DNA of 56,971 nucleotides, from assembly GCF_001194135.2 (NCBI RefSeq), contig NC_068983.1:157173729-157230699 (forward strand), read 5' to 3'. Under the pieces are notes generated by a model. That model saw nothing but the letters and a program-made list of their open reading frames with translations, was not told the origin of the DNA and did no database searches. Source of the DNA: Octopus bimaculoides (lineage: Eukaryota). Of this stretch, positions 40,101-50,261 are shown piece by piece. Every line of letters begins with the position of its first letter. Within the stretch, counting starts at the first letter, position 1. The translations under genes and the position numbers were made by a program.

Positions 40101-40488
40101 AAGAGTCTGATAGTCCCTATCTGAAAGTTTTGGCTTTCTTCTGGAGTTTTACTTCGATGAGGAGGCTTTTCCCTCTTTCTCAAAGGCCGTCGTTACTTTT
40201 GAGACAGTATTTCTTGATATACCAAACATTTCAGCTGTTTTCATTATGCTAACGCCTGCCATACGAGCACCAACAATTTGACCTCTTTGAAAGTCCAATA
40301 GATCTGTCATTTTAATAAATTTTAATTATCTTTTTCTGATGATATCTCAAAAGAAACAGCGATTTTAACATAACATATTAAACAACACTAATAATAAATC
40401 AAAAAACATAAACAAGCTTTTCATGATTTTATAAATATTTCAAAATTATGATGCAATGATGCTAGGTGTTTCCATTATTTTATTCAAC

Positions 40489-40534
<46 letters not shown>

Positions 40535-43500
40535 CTACCCATAATATGATCTACACCCATGCACACACACATATACATTATATATACAAACATACATATA
40601 CACACACATATATACATAGACACACAAACATATATACATTCATACACATATATACACACACATATCATCATCATCATCATCATCATTTAACGTTTGTTGT
40701 CCATACTGGCATGCGTTGGACAATTTGACCAGGCTGGCACGCTACACCAGACTCCAATCTGATTTGGCAAGGTTTCTACAACCGGATGCCCTTCCTAACA
40801 TCAACCACTCTGAGTGTAATGGGTACTTTTATATGCCACTGAAATGGGTGCCATTTGTGTGACACCAGTATCTGCAATGACTGCGATTTTACTTGGCTTG
40901 ATGGGTTTTCTTCTTGTACAACATAATGCTAAAGGTCTCCATCATCATTGCCTCCATAAGGCCCGACACTCAAAAGGAGCTTTTGACATGCCACCGGCAT
41001 CAGCCACTTTGCCTTGTGAGGATCGACACTTGAAAGGCGCTTTTCATGTGCCACTGGCATGGGTGCCAGTTACATGACACCAGTATCAGCCATGACTACA
41101 ATTTCACTTGGCTTGATGGGCCTTCTCAAGCACAGCATATGGCCAAAGGTCTCAGTTACTAGTCATTGCCTCTGTGAGGCACAAAGTTTGAAGATCATGC
41201 TTCACTATCTTGTCCCATGTCTTCCTGGGTTTACCTCTATCACAGGTTCCCTCTACAGTTAGAGATCAGCACTTTACAGAGTTGTCCTCATCCATACGCA
41301 TCAGATGACCATAACAACGTAGTTGTCTCCCTTGCACACCACATCTGATGCTTCTTATGCCCAACTTTTCTCTCAAGCTGCTTACACTGTCAAACATGCA
41401 CACTGACATTGCACATCCAGTGAAGAATACTGGCTTCATTTTTTTCAAGCCTACGCATGTCCTCAGCTGTCACAGCCCATGTTTCACTGCTGTGTAGCAT
41501 AGCTGTTCACAAGCATCATAGAATTTGCCTTTCACTCTGAAGGAGAGGCCCTTTGTTGCAAACAGAGGCAGGGGCTCTCAGAACTTTGCCCAGCCTATTC
41601 TTATTCTCACAGTTACGTTCTCAGAGCATCCACTGTCACTACTAACTTGATCACCTAGATAACAGAAGTTATCTACTATCTCTAGCTTACTTCTCCTGGC
41701 AGTTGATGGAGTCTATTTGCAATACATTTTTGGTGTTTAATGTACCTGTGCATCTTCCACAAACAAAAACTATTTTCCCTGTTAACCATCCTCTAATATT
41801 GCTGCACCTCTTATATGTCCATAACTTACACTGGGTACATCTTATGGAATTTCTGCCTACATCTTTTCTACAGATCGAGCAGGGCCATCTACCTGAAGGG
41901 ATTTGTGATTTGTCTGCCTTCCTACTTACTAAGATTTTGGTTTTTGTTAGGTTAACTCTAAGCCCTTCAATTCTAGACCTTGCTTCCATACCTGAAACTT
42001 TTCTATTTCTGGTAGCGGTTGAGCTATATGAACAAGGTCATCAGCATAGAAGAGCTCCCAGGGGCGCTTGTCTTAAATTCCTCTGTTATTGCCTAGAGGA
42101 CTATGATGAACAAGAGGAGGCTGAGGACTGAACCCTGGTGAACACCTACTTGTATCCTGAATTCTTCACTGTACTCATTACCAACCCTCACCTTACTGGT
42201 AGCGTCCTTGTACATGGCTTGTACAGCTCTCACCAACCACTTGTCTATCCCTAATTTCTGCATTGACTATCAGATAAGGGATTGGGGGAGCCTGTGAATA
42301 GCTTTCTCCAAGTCAACAAAAGCCCAAGTACAGAGATTTGTCTTTGATTATGTATTTCGCCTGCAGCTGTCTTACCAGAAATATAGCATCAGTGGTGCTT
42401 CTCCCTGGCACAAAACCAAACTGCATCTCATCTAGGCTGACTCTCTCCCTAATTAGTTGGGCTATGACCCTCTCTGCAACTTTCATTACCTGATCCAAAA
42501 TATGTGTGTGTATTTATAAAGAATAAAGACCCCCTTCAGTCATGAATGACCATGGGATTGCACCTAGAAAGTTCCCTTCTGAGGCACAAGTGTGGGCAGA
42601 GTTGTTTAAGGAAGACCAGTAGTCACTCATGCATACCAGCCTCCCCTCTCCACGCCACCAATGTTACACACGGAAAAGGCAAAGGCCAATACAGCTTGGC
42701 ATCAGTGATATTGCAACTCATTTCTACAGCTGAGTGAACTGGAGCAATGTGAAATAGAGTGTCTTGCTCAAGAACATAACACACAGCTTGGTCCAGGAAT
42801 TAAACTCACTACCTCATAATTATAAGCCCAACACTCCAACCACTGAGCCATGTGCCTTCACATTTATATTTATATAAATGTATTTATATATCTTAGCTAA
42901 ATAGGTATGCACAAGAAAATTTATTATGAAATGCTTTCTGTTCTAAAAGAACATTAGAATGAAATACAAAGGATACAGTCTGCTTCAGTTGTATCAGTAG
43001 GATGGAAATTAACCAGCCACTCCAAGAGATTAAAATCAGGAACAGATAGAGATCTCTCAACACATATATTTTGGTAGTCACCTTCATCGGCCAAAGGGTT
43101 AGAAGTTTTAGATGTTCCAAACAAAATAACAGCTATTTCATCTTTACTCTCAGAAAATACCTATAACATAAACAAGATTTACTCAGCAATGATACAACAT
43201 CAAACAAAATACTGATATTTGTGTATTTATACAGAGACCACGTTAGAAAAGTTTTTAATATTTATGAGCTGGCAGAATCATTAGATTGCCAGGCAAAATG
43301 CTTGATGGTATTTTGCCTATTTTTCTGTTCTGCACAGAATGCAGCCTTTAAGCTAGTACTTAATATGTCTGCATTTTGTTAATATTGAAAATATCAAGAT
43401 AGACATTTAGATTCACTGCAGAATTTCAACAACCATTTTACATTGCTTATGGATTTAAGGTGCTAAATTATTAATCATGCTATTGTGATATATTTTATTC

Positions 43501-44078
43501 TCTGAATAAAGCATCTAACTCTGCAGGGCCCAAAATATTAGCTTTTCCCATTCATCACTTAAACCAAGCTTCTTTACATTTAACAAACAGTCCCCGGATT
43601 TGCTCTAATCAACCTGGCTGAACAAACACCATAGGAACAGCTTTCAAATATAAAAGCAATTGCTCTAATAAATACACCATCCTACTTATGCAATTAAAAA
43701 AAAATTTTTAATTATTTCCACAGCTAGTCACCTACACTTTTCTCTGCAAAATAGGGATGTTTATCCTGTTCAGGGTATATTATTAGCATTATTCTGCGAT
43801 TGAGAATTTAAACATCACTTCTTTAACTTAATTATTTCAGTAAAATCATAAGCATTTGTAAATGTTTTATCTGTAACTCATTATTAAAATTTTATCAGGT
43901 TTTAAATATCAAAATAAATTCTAAAAGTAATTAATATAAGAGATATAAAACAATAGCAACATACTTTACGATACACAATTTGCTTGATGATCTGCAAAGC
44001 TTGGCTCAGATATGAATCTTGAGCTAGGTCTTTAGCGCACATAGATGGACTAACATCCAAAATAATAACAATGGCCGT
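7333..44078 (-). CDS. XRCC5: Ku80 / X-ray repair cross-complementing 5, multi-exon gene (18 coding exons listed below; first exon unresolved)
   Basis: Hand-spliced exons give vWA (IILDVSPSM; VFSESKDEIAVILFGT; DALIVAMD), beta-barrel core (GFYYGSTLVP; LAIVRRVY; ELPFYED) and C-terminal DDLLDEM*. All introns are GT-AG and phases chain in frame (1794 nt including the stop, using the shorter penultimate exon). Several exon sizes (114, 184, 49, 63, 138, 15) equal those recalled for human XRCC5. Confidence 0.95.
7860..7975 (-). CDS. XRCC5: Ku80 penultimate exon (DSHDTKKSEE...PMEGSADDL); acceptor at 7975 or 8020
   Basis: Donor TTG|gtgagt is clear. Two phase-1 acceptors are possible (116 or 161 nt). 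The end matches human EEGGDVDDL. Confidence 0.8.
8690..8830. mobile_element. Possible Penelope-like terminal fragment
   Basis: gacgtttcgagctacgctcttcaacaga resembles Penelope pseudo-LTR ends; no ORF support. Confidence 0.3.
9876..9939 (-). CDS. XRCC5: Ku80 exon 17 (APNDAPKGDFKQLLLAGKYFK)
   Basis: gctttcag|GCT ... G|gtgaaa; 64 nt, phase 0-1; aligns by eye to human VGSVNPAENFRVLV. Confidence 0.75.
12249..12294 (-). CDS. XRCC5: Ku80 exon 16 (LDMDSSQMKALTSEE)
   Basis: ttattttag|C ... GAG|gtaaag; 46 nt, phase 2-0; weak homology, supported mainly by phase. Confidence 0.7.
13224..13399 (-). CDS. XRCC5: Ku80 exon 15 (CFEQRVLESTKPIPEL...KLFGI)
   Basis: ggctcag|TGT ... AA|gtaagt; 176 nt, phase 0-2. 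Confidence 0.92.
14227..14296 (-). CDS. XRCC5: Ku80 exon 14 (NEGKHKFLNTKYVSTPSLQKFYQ)
   Basis: atttag|T ... CAG|gtatga; 70 nt, phase 2-0; matches human LFPTTKIPNPRFQRLFQ. Confidence 0.9.
14440..16445 (+). mobile_element. Decayed RTE-clade LINE (RT region), 3' truncated
   Basis: Frameshifted RT segments (QFGFV, QGSVLSP, YADDL, GLRVNLAK) and cysteine-rich insert. Confidence 0.9.
16735..16953. mobile_element. piggyBac-like MITE
   Basis: TTAA|cccttcagcatt ... aatgctaaaggg|TTAA; related copy at 45302-45506. Confidence 0.75.
17354..17402 (-). CDS. XRCC5: Ku80 exon 13 (AQLKAMDNLIDTMTF)
   Basis: ttttacag|AT ... TC|gtgagt; 49 nt, phase 1-2; matches human AQLNAVDALIDSMSL. Confidence 0.92.
17705..17810 (-). 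CDS. XRCC5: Ku80 exon 12 (CMIYYELPFYEDI...KKFKPS)
   Basis: ttcttcag|TGT ... A|gtaagt; 106 nt, phase 0-1. Confidence 0.95.
18699..19113 (-). mobile_element. Solo LTR, copy 2 (Ku80 intron 11)
   Basis: Same family; flanks gtgt/ctgt (3 of 4 TSD match). Confidence 0.8.
19230..19613 (+). mobile_element. RTE 3' UTR/tail fragment
   Basis: Same tail family ending in (GAT)n at the gap. Confidence 0.85.
19614..20418. other. Assembly gap
   Basis: N run; others at 464-588, 8570-8584, 37856-38391, 39546-39555 and 48906-49036. Confidence 1.
20419..20708 (-). mobile_element. RTE LINE ORF C-terminus running into gap
   Basis: RWYGHVVRMDEDSCVKK...GRGRPRKTW. Confidence 0.9.
21776..21913 (-). CDS. XRCC5: Ku80 exon 11 (VISVAFSALVNAL...PHIKNDYE)
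   Basis: cctaaag|GTA ... GAG|gtaagg; 138 nt, phase 0-0. Confidence 0.95.
23122..23612 (-). mobile_element. Solo LTR, copy 3 (Ku80 intron 10)
   Basis: Intact TG...CA, perfect TSD ATCT, three extra 22-nt internal repeats. Confidence 0.85.
23880..23942 (-). CDS. XRCC5: Ku80 exon 10 (VPAYSYMGDNTMYVIAEPNDQ)
   Basis: gctgcag|GTT ... CAA|gtatgt; 63 nt, phase 0-0. Confidence 0.93.
24086..25968. mobile_element. Composite Tigger/pogo remnant plus Tc1 transposase remnant
   Basis: TA|cagtatagtccc end; MPPKRP...KKVMMLHEKAQLLD present twice in inverted orientation; Tc1 motifs (QWRLIVF, FQQDN, SPDLxPTEHLWD) and cagtg|TA end. Confidence 0.7.
26365..26465 (-). CDS. XRCC5: Ku80 exon 9 (FYYGSTLVP...KCFTVLGFTSKEN)
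   Basis: ttcttag|GT ... AAT|gtaagt; 101 nt, phase 1-0. Confidence 0.95.
26716..27140 (+). mobile_element. tRNA-derived SINE with internal (TA)/(TG) microsatellite (family B)
   Basis: A-box-like tgactgtgtgg and B-box-like ggttcagtccc, tail cagtcaaatgactgaaacaag; copies at 20985-21370(+), 35625-35830(-), 38560-38715(-) and 45940-46290(-). Confidence 0.8.
27500..27960 (-). mobile_element. HERO-like RLE-type non-LTR retrotransposon remnant
   Basis: Hand translation DILMW...VPHEDNMDAAWA*KTDRY...GWKVEHFPIEVGCREFVG...GIWLKRD resembles the restriction-like endonuclease C-terminus. Confidence 0.6.
28096..28430 (-). mobile_element. RTE 3' UTR/tail fragment
   Basis: Same tail family, (ATC)n at left end. 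Confidence 0.85.
29465..29600 (-). CDS. XRCC5: Ku80 exon 8 (LKSYKPAQSWKKV...LNDENETEIEHEDTIP)
   Basis: catttag|TTG ... G|gtaatt; 136 nt, phase 0-1. Confidence 0.95.
29740..30115 (+). mobile_element. RTE 3' UTR/tail fragment
   Basis: Same tail family. Confidence 0.85.
30415..30880 (-). mobile_element. RTE 3' UTR/tail fragment
   Basis: Same tail family with hairpin-repeat UTR. Confidence 0.85.
31049..31266. mobile_element. piggyBac-like MITE, second family
   Basis: TTAA|cccctt ... aaaggg|CTAA; partial opposite-orientation copy at about 32880-33100. Confidence 0.6.
31845..31956 (-). CDS. XRCC5: Ku80 exon 7 (EALSRP...WKCNLEIGSNLSIPICGYIK)
   Basis: gttgcag|T ... AAG|gtaata; 112 nt, phase 2-0. 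Confidence 0.95.
32132..32260 (-). CDS. XRCC5: Ku80 exon 6 (SSKSTGDS...QQKEAETIIEQ...NYSF)
   Basis: Pyrimidine tract then taaag|A ... CA|gtgagt; 129 nt, phase 2-2. An in-frame TAA just upstream limits the acceptor position. Confidence 0.85.
33842..34012 (+). mobile_element. tRNA-derived SINE with CORE-like domain (family A)
   Basis: B-box-like gagttcaaattcc followed by ttcatcctttcggggtcgataaattaagtaccag; other copies at about 4945, 7471, 12870, 13700(-), 14040(-), 43266 and 45110. Confidence 0.8.
34026..34420 (+). mobile_element. tRNA-derived SINE (family C)
   Basis: A box tggcccagtgg, B box ggtttcgattccc, (CAA)n tail; copies at 44272-44645(+) and 1665-1975(-). Confidence 0.8.
34513..34741. 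mobile_element. hAT MITE
   Basis: TIRs cattggttcccaaa / tttgggaaccactg; 8-bp TSD ctgtaaac / ctgcaaac. Confidence 0.8.
34952..35077 (-). CDS. XRCC5: Ku80 exon 5 (TKKGLKHRQIILLSNL...ITLNV)
   Basis: tgtttcag|A ... AT|gtatgt; 126 nt, phase 2-2. Confidence 0.92.
35140..35500 (+). mobile_element. Helentron-associated (HINE/DINE-1-like) non-autonomous element
   Basis: 5' hairpin acctccgcctt-agcg-aaggcagaggt, 3' sub-TIR ccttggtagaggt and 3' stem-loop gcactctctgagtgc, in T-rich flanks. Confidence 0.6.
35835..37855 (-). mobile_element. RTE LINE with 3' UTR and (GAT)n tail
   Basis: RT motifs (MQFGFVPGKST, YADDL), C-terminal GRPRKTW, hairpin-repeat UTR, tail at 35835-35848. Confidence 0.9.
38863..38911 (-). 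CDS. XRCC5: Ku80 exon 4 (VDALIVAMDHLQTNL)
   Basis: attag|TC ... GA|gtaagt; 49 nt, phase 1-2. Confidence 0.93.
39366..40493 (-). mobile_element. Tc1-like DNA transposon, decayed
   Basis: 30-bp TIRs caggggttggacaaaataatggaaacacct / aggtgtttccattattttattcaaccccta, TA flanks, IFQDDNAPIHTAK motif. Confidence 0.88.
40662..42497 (-). mobile_element. 5'-truncated RTE LINE
   Basis: Same family; RT fragments in ORFs 42313-42498, 41687-41989 and 41266-41448. Confidence 0.9.
42977..43160 (-). CDS. XRCC5: Ku80 exon 3 (VFSESKDEIAVILFGT...TEAD)
   Basis: ttatag|GTA ... GAC T|gtatcc; 184 nt, phase 0-1. Confidence 0.95.
43965..44078 (-). CDS. XRCC5: Ku80 exon 2 (TAIVIILDVSPSM...IVYRK)
   Basis: ttattgcag|ACG ... 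AAA|gtatgt; 114 nt, phase 0-0. Confidence 0.95.
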
Positions 44079-45631
44079 CTGCAATAAAAAGTGTATGAAA
44101 TTGTACAACATGTATCCAAACATAAATATATACCAATTATAGTGTAATACACACAGCAAACAATGGAGTCTCCACAATAGCAATTTTCAACTATTTTCAA
44201 TCCATGGCACACTCTGCAAGTCATTAAAACTGTAATGTTACACCAGCCTTTTAAATATTTTATTATATGCAGGGGGAGGCGCAATGGCCCAGTGGTTAGG
44301 GCAGCGGACTCGCGGTTTCGATTCCCAGACCGGGCGTTGTGAGTGTTTATTGAGCGAAAACACCTAAAGCTCCACGAGGCTCCGGCAGGGGATGGTGGCG
44401 AACTCTGTCGTACTCTTTCACCACAACTTTCTCTCACTCTTTCTTCCTGTTTCTGTTGTACCTGTATTTCAAAGGGTCAGCCTTGTCACACTGTTTCACG
44501 CTGAATATCCCCAAGAACTACGTTAAGGGTACACGTGTCTGTGGAGTGCTCAGCCACTTGCACATTAATTTCACGAGCAGGCTCTTCCGTTGATCGGATA
44601 AACTGGAACCCTCGACGTCATAAGCGACGGAGTGCCAACAACAAATATATGCAGGTACCAAAATTAAAATTGTTTGAAAAGATAAATGAGGAACACACAT
44701 TGCACTTTGCCTGGAAAGAACAAACATGCAATATATCATCATCATCATCATTTGATAGGTTTTCCATGCTGGCATGAGTTAGATGATGAACAAGAGGGCT
44801 GCATCATGCTTCATGTTAGCTTTGGCATGGTTTCTAATGTTGGATGCCCTTCCTAATGGGGTTGCTAAGTAACTTACAAGACAGGAAGGAAAAGGGAAAG
44901 GGGAGAAAGAGAAAAGCCTAAGTGGGGGAGTATTTGAAAGGGTAGAGAAGAAATTTTAGGCAAGGGACAAGAGGTGGGGGGTCTTGCTATGGAGAAGATA
45001 CCCTGCATTTATATAAGAATGGGAGGGAGTATCTGGCAGAAAGGTAAAGATAGGAGCAATGGTTGCCAGAACAAAACCCTCAGGAAGCAAGAAATTATAC
45101 AAGCAGAGGTATTTCGTCTGTCTTTATGTTCTGAGTTCAAATTCTGCCGAGGTCGACTTTGCCTTTCATCCTTTCAGGGTCAATAAATTAAGTACCAGTT
45201 CCTTACTGGGGTCGATCTAATCAATGGGCTCCCTCCCCCAAAATTTTGGGCCTTGTACCTAGAGTAGAAAAGATTATCTTAACATTTCCAGCTTGCCTTA
45301 ACTCTTTAGCCATATCCAGCCTAAATATTCTACCTGTTTTATGTTCAAACCAACCAGATCCTGCTTCTCACACCCACCCTACAACCTTACTCTAAAAATA
45401 AACAATTACGTCATTGAAATTACAAAGCTACGTGAGATGGCTTGATTAATTGAAAGCAGTAATGAATAAGCTTTACATTTGACTGAGTAATATGAACACT
45501 GAAGAGTTAAAAACTAACAATATACGTATGAACCATATGTGGCACACAAGTACACTATGGCACAGGTGGAAAACAATTCCTCTAGCTTGCCAAGAGACCT
45601 GCAAGAAGAAGCAGCCAATAAACTACTACTG

Positions 45632-45678
<47 letters not shown>

Positions 45679-46627
45679 TCATCATCATTTTAACATCCAT
45701 TTTTCCATGTTTGCATAGGTCGGACAGAATTTGTTGAGATGGATTTTATACAGCCACATACCCTTCCTGTTGCCAATCCTCTCCTGTCTCCAAGGATGGA
45801 AATATTACCTCTTGACTAGATATGCTTTCATGGGAGACTGGAAACAAAGAATACTACTTGCATGAAAGTGATCCTCATTTAAAACTATCATGTAGTGTCC
45901 AAACAAGAAGACTAACACAAACACACATGCATGCATAAATACACACATCATCTTTTACTTGTTTCAGTCATTGGACTGCATCCATACTGGAGCACTGCCT
46001 AGAAGAGTTTAGTTGAACAAATAAACCTCAGTCCTTTTTTTTTCTTATTATATCAGTCTCTTTAGCCAAACCACTCAGTTATAGGGACATAAACAAACCA
46101 ATACCAGTAGAAACACACATATATATAAACAATAGGCTTCTTTCTGTTTCTGTCTACCAAAATCCTCTCACAAGACTTTGGCCAGCCAAAGACTATAACA
46201 GAAGAAACTTGGCCAAGGTGCTACAGAGGGACTGAATCCAGAACCATGTGGTTGGGAAACAAAGTTCTTATTACACAGCCATGCCTGCAATATACTGTCA
46301 TGTGGTCAAGAGGCTTGAGGATTATAATATACAGGAATCACTTGCTTTACGGAAGTAATACATTCCTGAAAATCTGCCGATTATGCAAAATTTATTTTCC
46401 AATTAGGGCAGGATGCCCATCGTTGGAATGTCTTTGATTCTAGATTTGCATGCTCATGGCTGACTTGGGGGCTAAACAATAATAAATGTGCCTCACATAA
46501 CACAATGATAACATGAGCCAACAAGGAAACAAAGTGGTTGAACAGTTTAGAAATAACAGCCAACTTTCCCAATTCTTTTTTTTTTCCTCTTTTCCTTCCA
46601 TCCTTTTTTCTTTCTTTCTTCGCTCAC

Positions 46628-46666
46628 GTTTGTGTTTTCTTCGGTTTGGGATTTGTAAAGTCTCAT
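46628..46666 (-). CDS. XRCC5: Candidate Ku80 first coding exon (MRLYKSQTEENTN)
   Basis: ATG at 46666, 13 codons, phase-0 donor AAC|gtgagc, just downstream of the E2F cluster. No sequence homology support. Confidence 0.3.
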
Positions 46667-46857
46667 TGTTAGTTTAATAAACTAATAATAAATAATAAAG
46701 AAAGAATCACAACCTATTTTTAATAAATGGTACATTGGACAATATAGTCCCTGACATTAAAAAAAACGTGATGGGACCTTTGATGACAGATAAATGAAAA
46801 TTTAAACTCTTTATTTAAAGAAACTTTAATCTGTGGAGTATATTTTGTACGGTGAGA

Positions 46858-47057
46858 GCGCGAAATCGACAATACGGAGTGAGAGAAAGAGAGAATTATT
46901 TAACGGGAAGGGAAACGCTTGCCTTGTCATACAATAGGTCATACATAGAAGGGGGAAATTATCTAGCGCGCCAAAAATTGTTTCTTCGAATCTCTACGTA
47001 GAATACGAATCAAACAACAACAAAAATAAGGGAGGAAGGAATTTTTGTCTCCCGCGC
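46858..47057. promoter_or_regulatory. Probable Ku80 promoter with E2F-type sites
   Basis: TTTCGCGC (-, 46858-46865), TTTGGCGC (-, 46968-46975) and near-match TCTCCCGC (+, 47048-47055) in a locally CpG-enriched non-repeat patch upstream of exon 2. Confidence 0.55.
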
Positions 47058-47340
47058 CGTACGCTTTGTCGTGTTTTTCAGTTTTTGACGCTTACAATTC
47101 TTTTTTTCTGGTTTTATGTTCTAAACATCTAAGATTAGGAGGTAAATTACCTGATTACGATTCTTTAAAATTATACAGGCATTTCCAACAAACAACTCTC
47201 TTTTAACAGTACTTAAAACATACAGTTCCGAAGAAATCACGATTTTTGGCACACTAGGTAATTTCTGGCCCTACTCTAAAGGAATGCCCAAAAGAAGTAC
47301 TTAGGATAATGGGTGGAATTACGATTTCAACACTCCATAT

Positions 47341-47700
47341 AGCTTTTTTTTTATTTTAAGGAATTTTCAGAAAATGTTTACGAATTTGTGTTCTACAGAC
47401 AGGAATTCATACGACTGTACAAAAACAAAACAAAAGTTTAGCTGTTATTTTTAGCACATCTCACAACCATCTGATACCGTCTTCGTTTCTTTGTCACTCT
47501 GACATGTATTGATGTTTTTCACTATTTTCTCCCCGATAAACAAACACATCTAATGGGCCTATGCTGGGATTTAAGCTAAAACATTCCGACTGTCCGAAAA
47601 TTAAAAAACAAATTTTTTTTTTCATAATCGTATGAATTCCCGTGTGAAGAACACAAATTTGCAAAACTTTTCTGAAAATTCCCAAAAATAAAAAAAGTTA
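47341..47700. repeat. Foldback / MITE-like inverted repeat
   Basis: Arms at about 47341-47430 and 47610-47700 (gaattttcagaaaa...gaattcatacga vs tcgtatgaattc...ttttctgaaaattc). Confidence 0.75.
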
Positions 47701-49061
47701 TTAGAGGTTACCTTCCAAAGTCGGGGTGTGGGGTACAACTCTGTAGTTATGCCATCGGATGCTTAAAGCAGAATTCCAGTGTAACAAAATTTATTCCCAT
47801 TCATTTAAATATTTGTATTTTTTCTTCAAAATTATTATTTACTCTATTGGAACTAAAATTAAAACACTAACAACTGATCCACTTTGGTCATAAATAATAA
47901 CAAACAATTGGTGCCAACGTAGATTTGAAAGGATGAATTAATATTACAAGTGGCAACTTATCGTTATAATAAGAGAGAGGATGTGGTTGCATAACAATAA
48001 CAGTAGACAGAGTGGAAAGCTTCCGTGTTCCTAGGGATTGAAATGAGTTAAACAACACAACTAGCATAAAAAACACTTTCATGGCATGAAGAAAACAATT
48101 ATCACCAAACATACTTTCATGAAGCAAATATAAAAACTAAAATTCGAACTGATATATTCAGAAACGAATTAGTACTGATTAATTTAAGTACTTTTTACTT
48201 CATAGACACACACACTTACGCGAAAATATATTTAGCTTATAAAATTATAAGTCATTCAATTCAAATGTTTAGCCTTGAATAAAAGAATAGACTGTCCTAA
48301 AAAAAATCCATTTACTCGTTAAAAATTACTTTCTTTAAGCCAGGTTTCCTAAAATAAAAGAATATATTCTTTACTTCGCACATAGTTGTTATTTTTTAAG
48401 CATAGGGACCTACAAGGGAATAAAATCACAATTTATAAGATGGTACTTATTTAATACATACCTTGTTGTACGCCATTCTGACAAATATATAAACTAAGTC
48501 CTAAACTTGTTTCCGGTTTCGTAAAATTCACGATGTGCGGTTGAGTGACAATCTCGAAGCAATGAACGTGTCGGAACTTGTACACGCAACAATTAATATA
48601 GGAAGATGGTTTAATATACCGATGATGCAATGTAAACATCACAATCCAAGATAATTTAATATATCGATGATGTACACATCATAATCCTGGTGTCACTCAA
48701 TGTACAGGACCAGCTTTACATATGCTAGGACCGTTCACTATGAGGTCCTGTAGTGCAAGGGTACCCGACTACCGGGCCGTATATCACTTGCTACCGGGCT
48801 GAACAGAAAGAATGAATTTTTAATCGCAGTCTGCAGAGTATTTTGGCGAACGTGGACTTTCGTTATTTTTTTTATCCCCCAATTTCGAATACGGAGATGG
48901 AAAGANNNNNNNNNNNNNNNNNNNNNNNNNNNNNNNNNNNNNNNNNNNNNNNNNNNNNNNNNNNNNNNNNNNNNNNNNNNNNNNNNNNNNNNNNNNNNNN
49001 NNNNNNNNNNNNNNNNNNNNNNNNNNNNNNNNNNNNCAATTTTGACTTTTTCCCCCCAACA

Positions 49062-49128
49062 CTAACCCTAAAACCCTAACCGTAACTCTAAAACCCTAAA
49101 ACCCTAACCCTAACCCTAAAACCATAAC
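49062..49128 (+). repeat. Degenerate telomere-like (CCCTAA/CCCTAAAA)n tract
   Basis: ctaaccctaaaaccctaaccgtaactctaaaaccctaaaaccctaaccctaaccctaaaacc. Confidence 0.8.
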
Positions 49129-50261
49129 AGTAAGTATAGAAATGTTTTGAAATATTTGTCCGAATCATGATGTCCGTATTTTTTTGCAGATTCGTATTCC
49201 TTGTAGCCAAAAAGGGGGGTTTGTGTCGAAAAAAAAAAAAAATTTTAAGGCTGGTTTGGGGGAGACGGGCGGAAGTTTTGCCGCAAGATGAAAATGCAGC
49301 TCAAAGGTCACCATTGTGAAGATCTACAGTGAAGCACAGAAGGTCCTCGATTTGCTTACAGAAAACAACTTCCAGGCCAAGTGACTGGAAGAGCAACTTT
49401 GAGCCATTGTAGCAAAGTCTTTGTTAATAAAATTTAGGCAAAAGGTAGAGAATGGATTTTATGTAAGCACAATACCACTGTAGCAGTGATTCAAAGCTAA
49501 ATCCTTGGATACACAGTCAAACATCATGAGCTGGACACGTTTACTCAAACATTCTAGAATTTGAGCCTCTGTCACCATGAATAAAGTGCAATTGTTTTTT
49601 GTTAGGTTGGGCAAGCCGCATGTTGCCGTATTAGAAGCTTGCTATAAACTCCAAGCAGTATCTCTCTCCCAGTATGTATTTATTGCTGTCGTTATCTGCA
49701 GATTGTATTTATGTGTGATAATATAAACTTCTGTTAAATGTTCACAGATTTTGTTCAGTTACTTCTACAAACAGCCCAAGAAACATATTTTCTTTCAATT
49801 TAACTAGCAACCATAGGCTACGACATTGGTGACCCTTGACATGAATGACTACAATAGCAACTCGACTTTGGCACTGCCAAACAGCATTCTGACAATCAAT
49901 GACAACTGAATTTCATCTCCTTGACATTTGGTGATATTCAATTCCAAAATAACCAACAAAAATCGTTCAAATAAATCCAACTCATTTAATGCATGAACAT
50001 CAACTCATCGCAATTACCATCATGACAAGAAAAAAAATGGACGGGGTACTACAAGTTTGTTCAAGATGCTTGGCAACCCTTTCCCTTTTTTGCCAAGCAT
50101 TTCAAACCAGCAAAATTAGGTACGATACTTTTGAAAGTATCTGGTAAAGCATTTTCACCGTTTCTTAGAAGGACAAACCTTCATCAAGTATACTGATCAT
50201 AAGCTGTTGATGTATGCATTGCAATCTGAGACTGATAAATGCTCTCCTAGAAACATCAGGC

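Noticed and set aside
44024-44437. 137-aa minus-strand ORF overlapping Ku80 exon 2
   Set aside because: It starts in a SINE and overlaps the exon in a different frame from the Ku80 reading.
46496-46513. Alternative first exon MLSLCY|gtgagg
   Set aside because: No homology, and farther from the promoter motifs than the 46628-46666 candidate; it cannot be excluded.
49062-49128. True chromosome end
   Set aside because: The tract is short, degenerate and flanked by ordinary sequence on both sides.
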